This document shows positions 1 to 7,687 of a stretch of 22,037 nt of DNA, in pieces. A program made the position numbers and the translations under genes. The DNA is from Paraspadella gotoi (lineage: Eukaryota > Animalia > Chaetognatha): contig JBJCIZ010000469.1 in assembly GCA_051294375.1 (NCBI GenBank), forward strand, positions 1 to 22,037, given 5' to 3'. Each line of letters begins with the position of its first letter. Within the stretch, counting starts at the first letter, position 1. The notes beneath the pieces are model-generated. The model made no database searches and was not told where the DNA came from. It saw nothing but the letters and a program-made list of their open reading frames with translations.

Positions 1-2
1 TG

Positions 3-545
3 CTCACCCTGGTTCCCGACATAATTTACTATTTTTATGACTGCGATCAGGAGGTCTTCCACGAACCTCGCAACAACAATATCAATTTCATAGAAGGCTT
101 CGATGAAGAGTTTATTTCCGAAGAGAACTTGAAGGACAGGAAGGTGGTGGTTGTGCTGGACGATCAGATCGGCGTCATCGATCCAAAGCTTCTGCAGAGA
201 ATGATGACAAAATTATCGCATCACAGAGGATTCACGCTTATTATTTTGCTACAAACGATTTGTTCTACAGAAACATCCCAACTTTACCATAGTCTCTCGA
301 AACACCCATATAAATATACACTCCGTAACATGAGGGACAGAATGGGGATAACCACGTCTAGCAGACAGTTGTTTCCGCGAAATATTCTTTTTTTATGGAC
401 AGTTACGACGACGCTGAAGGACTCTTACAAGCATTTATTAATCGATTCTTCTCCGCGAGTTTCCCATTCTTGCCGCCTCCGCGCCAACATCCTCCCGTCC
501 GATACGACGCCGCATCGTCTACGTAGAGGGAGAAAAATACGATAA
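3..545 (+). CDS. A32/FtsK-like DNA packaging ATPase of Polinton (5'-truncated by window edge)
   Basis: Frame is open from nt 3: PDIIYYFYDCDQEVF..INFIEGF, Walker B VVVVLDD, SHHRGFTLIILLQ, C-terminal YKHLLIDSSP..CRLRANILP. These are Maverick ATPase signatures. Walker A lies upstream of the window. Confidence 0.9.
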   Translation, partial: LTLVPDIIYYFYDCDQEVFHEPRNNNINFIEGFDEEFISEENLKDRKVVVVLDDQIGVIDPKLLQRMMTKLSHHRGFTLIILLQTICSTETSQLYHSLSKHPYKYTLRNMRDRMGITTSSRQLFPRNILFLWTVTTTLKDSYKHLLIDSSPRVSHSCRLRANILPSDTTPHRLRRGRKIR

Positions 546-561
546 GAAAAAAAAAGAGAAA

Positions 562-873
562 ATGAAATTAAAAGAAATATTTCCCATTTTAGAATACATG
601 CCTCATTAACTACTAAGCAACAAAAATTTTTATAAAGAGGCAGACCCATTCATTAAAAACGATTTGCGAATATTGTTTAATATAAGCAGAGGCAACATTT
701 CATAGATCCCGAATCTCTACAGAAATGAAAAAGTATAAAAAGGACATAAATTCTTGTGTCCAAGAAACCATCGACGAAATCCGACGACGGTTCTGCAGAA
801 GGTCCGGTTGATATTAAATTCCGTTCTCTCCGCTCTCATTCCCACCCTTGTTCAATATCTCTTTAAAAAATAA
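562..873 (+). CDS. Small conserved Maverick protein downstream of ATPase (frameshifted in this assembly)
   Basis: Fragments MKLKEIFPILEY.., KTICE / LFNISRGNI, KKYKKDI, and C-terminal amphipathic VLQK..LILNSVLSALIPTLVQYLFKK* match the ~100-aa ICE..LN..GN.. protein typical at this position. Several indels must be assumed. Confidence 0.65.
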
Positions 874-875
874 TC

Positions 876-1868
876 ATGAGTTCCTTCAAAAAAATGTACA
901 TGTTGACGGAGGAACAATACAATAGATTTTTAAAACACGAATAAGCGGGACTGCTACCGCCCGGAGACGCCGGAATTATCATGCAAAAATATAACAAAAA
1001 ATTCATAGAGGATAAAATATTAAAAAAAACGAAGAGAATCAGAACTGGACTAAATTGGGGGAATGCATAGACCCCATCATTCGTCGACCCCTGATCGATA
1101 CGGTAACGGGAAACAGAGTCGCTCCGGAACCGGAGAGCCGCCACCCCGCCACGGGAAGCGAGCACCCCGCCAGCCGTCAGACCCAAACAAAGTAGAGACG
1201 TGGCGAAATTAATATCGCAAACGCTAGCGCCCAGCATACGGTCTAAGGGTTTAAGGTTATTACGCAGACTCCAGAATTTTCCCAATTTGCTCATAAACCA
1301 ATACAAAATAATCGTGAACGGGAACACATTATCCGGAGAAACCAAAGAGATCGTCGACGATCTCGTTAGAGCGAGAAAGAGCTTGACACACCCCGTCAAC
1401 GATTTGCTGAGAACTATAGTAGAACAGGACCCCAAAACGAAAGATTTTATTTATAACATAGAAGCGAAACAAATTTTAACGGATGCCTTGCGAGAGAAGA
1501 GAGGAGAATTGACCGCCCCCCGAGACTTAGCGTCCCCGAGGCGCCCCGAAATCCAGATTCCGCAGTTACCATTTTTAACGCCGGGCGGCGCTCGAGACGA
1601 AGACAGCGATTCCGACGAGCCATTTAAAGAGTTGCCCGGTTACATAACTCCCGAAGTCATTCGAAGAACCATCGGACAAAAATGGACAGCGCGGAAAAGG
1701 AAAAAAATCCAGAAAAGGAGGAAGGAAAGGAAAAAAGCCGCAAAGAGGAAGCGGGGGAAAGAGAAAAATTCAACCCGGACTCAGGAAAAAATGGGAAAAA
1801 TTATTTTTATGAGAAAGCTTCCAAAAATTATTACGAGCCAAAGGAAGTGGGGAGATATTCCAACTTGA
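876..1868 (+). CDS. Conserved Maverick protein of unknown function (positionally PZ-like), frameshifted 5' part
   Basis: Start MSSFKKMYMLTEEQY at 876. ORF 1200-1868 has TLAPSIRSKGLRLLRRLQ..IIVNGNTLSG..IVDDLVRARK, matching the conserved block of the gene between ATPase and integrase in Mavericks. Confidence 0.7.
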
Positions 1869-2957
1869 AGACCCTTCATGATCGGTTGAAGAAAGAAGGA
1901 GGGAAAGTAACAAATAAACAGGTTCGCGACTGGTTAATACATCAACCGACATATTCGTTACATAAACCCAGGAGAATAAAATTCGAAAGACGAACCATGA
2001 AGAAGCTTTACGTGAACGACACGTGGAACGCCGACCTCGTCTCGCTCATAGAAATATCCAAATTTAACTCCGGACATTACTTCATTCTTTGCTGCATGGA
2101 TTCTTTTTCTCGCCGCGCCATGTGCCGACCCATTCACCGCAAGACGACGGTGAATATGAAGACGGCTTTCGACTCCATATTCGAAGAGACGGAGGAGACA
2201 CCCAGAAACCTGACGAGCGACCAGGGGACCGAATTTACGAGTCTGAAAAATTATTTCAGAGAGAACTTGATTAATTATTACAATACCAAAAGTCCGCTAA
2301 AAACGTTCATGTGCGAAAGATTCATAAGAACCCTGGAGGGGGCGATTCATAAATATTTCACCGCCCGAAAGACCCTCAGATGGCTCGACGTCTTACAACC
2401 GTTGGTGGAAAGCTACAACGCCACTCCGACCCCGACCCTATTTAACTTGAGCCCGAACGAAATATATTTTTGCGACGCCAACATTGAATACGTGCATCGT
2501 CAATACAAAAAGCGAGAGACTGAAGAGAGAGAGATACAAAAACAAAAAACCAAAGTTTGAGGTGGGAGATTTCGTCAGAGTGATCAAGGACGATCTGGGC
2601 AAGTTTTACAGTGGGTATTACCCGGCATTCAGTCCATCGATCCATAAAATAAGAGAGATCGTTTCCAGCATCCCTCCAACGTACAAGGTGGAAGATAAAA
2701 TGCGATCTTATTACGAACAGGAACTCAGTTTGGTTTTAAAAGGAGACGATTTGGAAGAAAGAGGGATTCACTATTATCTCAAAGGAAAGAGAGAGGTCGG
2801 CGGGAAGACCCTAAGAAATAAATCTGTAATTGGCAAGGAAACCGAATATAACGTTAAATCGGTTTTGGACCCGAACATCTCCCTCTGGCTCAGTGAAAAG
2901 GATTATCAAAATTTAATCAAAAAACATGGAGTTCTCAGTGGAGGCGATATCCGATAG
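1682..2957 (+). CDS. Maverick retroviral-like (rve/c-) integrase with SH3-like and degenerate chromo-like C-terminus; one frameshift near 2540-2555
   Basis: YYEP..VRDWLIHQPTYSLHKPRRIKF, WNADL (D), SDQGTEF (D), CERFIRTL (E), WLDVLQPLVESYN. Continues in ORF 2484-2957 with KPKFEVGDFVRV..PPTYKV..YYEQELSLV. The frame break lies in an A-run. Confidence 0.95.
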
Positions 2958-3825
2958 TTGCACCACCCTATTCAAGGAGAATAAAGCGTCGTCCTTCGTC
3001 AACCGACTCCCGCACCCCTTGTACCTGGACGAGCATTACTGGGTCGGTTTATCCGAGATTTCCTTCGTCAAAGAAATTCGGAACGTGGAGACCATGAATT
3101 TTGAAATTTTTGATGTTTGTTGGCAGGACAAAAAAAATAGTCCCGCGTTTTACGGCAAGACGATAGAGGCAGAGATCGAAAGCGGTTATTACGATTCTTC
3201 GGAACATTTAATATCGGCGCTAAATCACGTTATATGGCAGCACGTCCCACGATTGAAGGGTATCAAAATTTTCACTTTCGACCCGATAAGTAATTTGTTT
3301 TGGTTTCACTACAAAAAGGAATATTATTTTTACTTAAAAATTCATCATAAATTATGTCTATTACGGGGTCATGTCCACGGAAGAGGACAGCGAAAAATCT
3401 TTTCACCCTGTTAGGATCGCCAAAGAAAGCGACTCCTTCGAGTACGAAACAGAGGACGGTAAAATTATTAATAGAGGTTCAAAGAAAAACAGGTCATTTC
3501 CGAGACGGCCTGCCAGGGCACGGATCATTTTTTATACAGAAGTCAGGTGCAACTAGATCGACGCCTTCGCCGTCTATTGCTCAGTGTCCAAGGACGTCAT
3601 TTCGGTGACAAGTTGACAAACATTTTACGGGTGGTCCCGCTTCAAGGCAAGGCCAACGAAAGGACAGTACTCAGTTATCCTTTCCCACAATACTTCCCAT
3701 CAGATCGAACACTATCAAAGAGATAACCATTCAGATACGCGATTGTACGGGACCTCATAGATTTTATGACATCTTTCGTCAGAGTTAATTAATATTCAAA
3801 AAAAGATACCTGGGACTCACCAAAC
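2926..3825 (+). CDS. Minor capsid protein (penton, single jelly-roll; Polinton PX), frameshifted
   Basis: N-terminus SDSCTTLFKENKASSFVNRLPHPLYLDEHYWVGLSEISF, IESGYYDS. C-terminal fragments in shifted frames: AVYCSV, GDKLTNILRVVPLQG, PQYFP, TIKEITIQIRDCTG, LIFKKR. Confidence 0.88.
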
Positions 3826-3826
3826 G

Positions 3827-4311
3827 ATGCCTCTCTTTTAGCCCCTTACGCCTCGCCAGGAGAAACAGCTTAGGGTCGGGATTCGGTTCCATCCTCAGAT
3901 CCATAGGCAATTCGTATTTACTCCCGGCCTTGAGATCCTTACTTCCCGTCGGTAAGAAGGCGATGAAGAACTGGCTGAAGAGGGATAAGGCGGGGGGTCA
4001 GATTTTAACCGACGTAGCCAGAGGAAAAACATGAAAGAGAGTTTGACAGCAAAGGAGTAAAGACGTCATAAAAAATATAAAAATAGCTAACGAAGAGGGA
4101 AGGAGGCTCTAACGAGAGCGGGCGGGGTTAAAAGCACGCGCCTTCGGTTCACCCGCTAGTAGAGAGTCCCAACTCGACCGGAGCGGCAGAAAAAAATCAA
4201 AAGTAAGAGTAAAAAAATTAAAAAGGGTCTTTGCGGTCTAGGAGGCGGAAAGAGAAAAAACCAATAAAAAAAAGAAGAAAGAACGGGGAAAAGATTTTCG
4301 ATTTTTGATAA
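3827..4311 (+). CDS. Basic Gly/Lys/Arg-rich putative virion core protein (positionally PW-like), frameshifted
   Basis: GSGFGSILRSIGNSYLLPALRSLLPVGKKAMK from 3873, GGQILTDVARGK, MKESL, then a K/R-rich tail. This is typical of the gene between penton and hexon in Mavericks. It is absent from the ORF track because of indels. Confidence 0.75.
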
Positions 4312-4317
4312 GAGGAA

Positions 4318-5709
4318 ATGGCCTAGCGCTGATGGAACATTCGGCCAGACAGTGCGTGGAGAAGATTGAACGTGTTTGACAAGAGCATAGTGGATCATCA
4401 ATACGATAGCGCTTACTTTTTAGAATTGAAGCTCAAATTCCTCTCGATTCCAAGTCTTCCCAGATCGTCTTCAAGCGAGAGCCCATGAACGAATTCATCG
4501 ATTTCGGGGATTCCTACATGAAACTTCACATTAAAATCACTAAGGCGGATAATACGCCTATCGTCGCCGCGTCAGCGGCCAACACTTCGGTCGGTTTCAC
4601 GCAGATACCAGCGGCCTCAATTTTTAAAAATTTGGATATTCGTTTAGGAGGGCAGTCTCTAACCGCGCAGGATAATTGTCATGGGTATACTTCATGGTTA
4701 ACTATGCTGATGAACATGGATAAACAATGGTTGAGAACGAAAGACAATTTATTAGGTTGTTATTACGAGAGTAACCCCATACTAACCGAAGCGGACACGG
4801 GCTTCTCCGGCGTCAGGGAAGGCTCGAAACCACAAAACTTTCCCACGTAGCCGTATACGTATGCTCCCATTCTCCACAGCTTCGCCTTTCCTGCCGCGAT
4901 TTTGATGCTTCATGATGGAGCGTTGAGTATAGCCTACCGAGAGACAGGTCGACGCCTTCCCATCATACTTTTCGACATAGAGGACGGGTAGCTTCAAATA
5001 CGAAATCATCGACATGTCCGTCATGCTTCAAACATCTCGTCGTGAACCGAGTTATACCTAAGATTGGAAGCCGACATATTGCCGAAAAAAAAATGCTAGA
5101 TACCGAATTTAATATTGCCGATGCTTCGAATACAGGCTTACATCGGGCAGAAGATTCTTATTCCTTCGACGGACGCTAGAACGTTCGCGAAAAACAAAGT
5201 CCCTCAAGTGCGGCCATCGCGTCCGGCATCGCGTCGACGCCGACGCGTATCGAAGGGTAACTTCTTAAGTTCGCCGTACTATTTCAGTCTATCCTATATT
5301 GTACCGTATAAAAATTTGATCTTATATCAGATCTCTGGAAAAAAATTACCCATCCGAACATTGGTTTCACCTTTGATTTCGGATTCGACGACGTGCGTCT
5401 CGCGATGGGATCGAAGGCTTTTTATCGTTATCAGGTCAGCGCATTATTCCAAGATTCCTTATGCATAGGACTGACTGAAGATGATGACAGCGGTGTACCA
5501 CGTGATAATGCACGCACATTCGATCGCCCCAGACACTTCCGCCCGATCATTCACTGTTTCACCCAATTCGCGCCGGCCAAATTAACGCTGGAATTCGGCG
5601 CCGATCTTCCCCAACCCAATAGTAAACTTTGGTATATTCTATTTTTAATCGCGAAATCTTCATAAATTCTCCAAAGACGAGTCTCTGGCTAAAATTATTT
5701 AATCTGTAA
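4318..5709 (+). CDS. Major capsid protein (hexon-like double jelly-roll; Polinton PY), frameshifted
   Basis: Fragments EDLNVF, QIVFKREPMNEFIDFGDSYMKLHIKITKAD, SIFKNLDIRLGGQSLT..HGYTSWLTMLMN, GNFLSSPYYF, KLTLEFGADLPQP, FNREIFIN are colinear with Maverick MCP. Length of about 1.4 kb fits. Confidence 0.9.
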
Positions 5710-6190
5710 AAAAACTTCAAAGCGAAAAAAAGTTCCCAACGCAGAAGAAAAAAAGGTCCCAAGGCAGAAAGAAAAAATTTCCAATGCGAAAAAAAACCGA
5801 CGCGGAATTTTGTCTTTTCATTCTCATTCATCGCTGCGCCTGCGCCTACGGGACCTCATCCAGTATACCCGATCGCTCCGATCAATTAGCATTTTCGATC
5901 CCACTTGATCGCTTCTTTTTCATCGGAAACTAAGGCATTGGATCAAAATAACCGAGTATTATTAAACCTAAGATCGTTGCTAATTTACAACACACAGGAA
6001 GCTCCTCGGCGGACGGCACTGATAGCACTTTTCCAGGTTCTTCAATAACCTAACAATAAAATATCTATAACAAAATTAATACCAGATCCAGTCCAAAATC
6101 TTGCAAATTAATATGCTCCATAATATTTCCAAATAATATTTATTATTACGTTTAAGTCTTGTACGTGTTATTTCATGTTGTTGAAATAAG
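5710..6190 (+). CDS. Adenain-like cysteine maturation protease (Polinton PRO), heavily frameshifted; boundaries approximate
   Basis: ISIFDP with IFDP at 5891-5902 (catalytic Asp motif). LQHTGSSS from 5985 is followed by gc-gga-cgg-cac-tg-ata-gca-ctt-ttc, which reads CGRHCIALF if two single-base deletions are restored (Q..S..CG..C motif). It sits in the expected position directly after MCP. The catalytic His motif is not resolvable. Confidence 0.6.
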
Positions 6191-6276
6191 TCCAGGAGAG
6201 TTATTCAGTTTTCCGTTCTATCGAGTCAGATAGAACAACGTTTTTCGTGATCACACGATGGAATTATTATTCTGAT

Positions 6277-6292
6277 TTTATTTTTTAATAAA
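6277..6292. terminator. Back-to-back polyadenylation signals between convergent Maverick transcription units
   Basis: TTTATT (AATAAA on minus) at 6277-6282 and AATAAA at 6287-6292. The minus signal overlaps the stop of a minus-strand frame (..NLFPLNNVYKAINSKCIFIKK*). Confidence 0.5.
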
Positions 6293-7138
6293 AATACATT
6301 TACTATTGATAGCCTTGTATACGTTATTCAACGGAAACAAATTCTCGTCAATAAATCATGATATGAGCAAATTAAGGCTATCGACGAAATTGTTTCTAGC
6401 ACTGAAATGAATAAATGTTCATTTTCGAAATTATTGTACAAAATCATTTGTTAACCGTTCATTCGTGGTCTTCCCCTTTTCGTTTGTACTCCGACAACTC
6501 GATCGTAGTCAAGGAATTATTATTTATTTTTATATATTCCTTCAGGAGCCAGTAGAATTAATTATCGATCATGACAATATTGTTACTTTCTTTTTGAAAC
6601 TTCTCCATGATCCATTCTAAATGCGGTTCCTTAAATTTAGAGTTGAATGAGCTCCAGTGGAAACAAGGTCATTTTGTTTACGTTCGAGAAAAGTATTTTT
6701 CTCGGTGAATAATTATTTTATGATTTAATATTATTCTCAATTTAGCACGTTTCCCTGATTATTGATACTCGTTCTTTTTGTTTACAATGGACTTACTTGT
6801 TCAAATCCATAATTTACCCAGTGAATATGGGTAAATAGTAAAACAAGTTGTCGAGAGGGGGTAAAATAAAAGTTTCGAAAAAATTCGAAGGATGAAAGAA
6901 ATATTTTGCTCGGAGGTCAGGAGTTACCGCAAGAAAGTGAGAGAATATTGAGAAATTTAGGGACCGGGTAAACGATTATACCTTCTAGGGCAAGGAAATC
7001 TGGGATTCGAAAGAAGCGAGGCGAGGATTTATTACCGCTAGGTGCGACGGCCAGGCTCAGGTCGAAAAGAGAAAGCGACGAAGGTAGACTAAAGGTCATA
7101 AAAGTGGGGATAGGGGAGACTAAGGAAGATGAGGACAT
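6278..7138 (-). CDS. Hypothetical Maverick protein(s), minus strand, frameshifted
   Basis: Protein-like minus-strand fragments: MSSSSLVSPIPTF.., KFKEPHLEWIMEKFQKESNNIVMID, FYWLLKEYIKINNNSLTTIELSEYKRKGEDHE, terminal NNVYKAINSKCIFIKK*. The sense strand is mostly A-rich, like the other Maverick genes. No family recognised. Confidence 0.4.
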
Positions 7139-7162
7139 CTTCTTCTTCTTTGAGGGGTCGAG

Positions 7163-7687
7163 TTATAAGGAATAGGCCTCTGTCTCGTCTCCGTCCTCCC
7201 CTTCGTCTTCTCGCTTTCTTCTCCCTCGTCTTCGAAATTCTCAGTCGCTCATGTACATCCCGGATATAATCACTCTCTCTAAAAATATCTCTCCCTTTAC
7301 TATTTCTGTCTCTCTCTCTCTCTCTCTTAGCATCTTGACGTTTAAGACCATAAAATTGAAAGTAAGAAAGGCGTCAGGATTCTTGTTGTCGTTGTTGTCG
7401 TTGACGTACAAAAATGTGGACTTTGAGAGAGGCGTTGCCGCGCGTCGGACAACATGTAAGGAGCTGATTGGGGGACGGCCGCGTCTCTGACGCGACCATC
7501 CGCCAATCGGGAGACTTGGGCGATTCTCGACCCCCTCCACATGAGCAAAGATATAAAAGCAATAACTCTGAAGCATCAGAGAGAACCTTATAATAATTAT
7601 TTTTAGTCTCCACTATTTTTGCCTTCATCTAATTTTGTGAAGTGTTCTTTAACACTTGTAAATGAAATAAACTATTTCTGCCGTCAT
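7163..7687 (-). CDS. Hypothetical Maverick protein with acidic C-terminus, minus strand, frameshifted
   Basis: ATG at 7687 (MTAEIVYFIY), overlapping ORF fragments 7374-7628 and 7241-7576, and acidic tail EDEGEDGDETEAYSL*. Upstream minus-strand AATAAA signals at about 7710-7722. Confidence 0.4.
7309..7326 (+). repeat. (TC)9 microsatellite
   Basis: Read directly; encodes RERERE in the minus-strand ORF. Confidence 0.9.

Noticed and set aside
863-1435. 190-aa minus-strand ORF
   Set aside because: Antisense shadow of the PZ-like gene with no recognisable motifs.
2540-2555. Programmed frameshift in Maverick integrase
   Set aside because: The break lies in A homopolymers in a window full of single-base indels; Maverick integrases are normally single ORFs.
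3789-3975. Penton C-terminus reads in frame into the PW-like protein
   Set aside because: The region is indel-rich and a separate ATG exists at 3827, so the apparent fusion is probably an error artefact.
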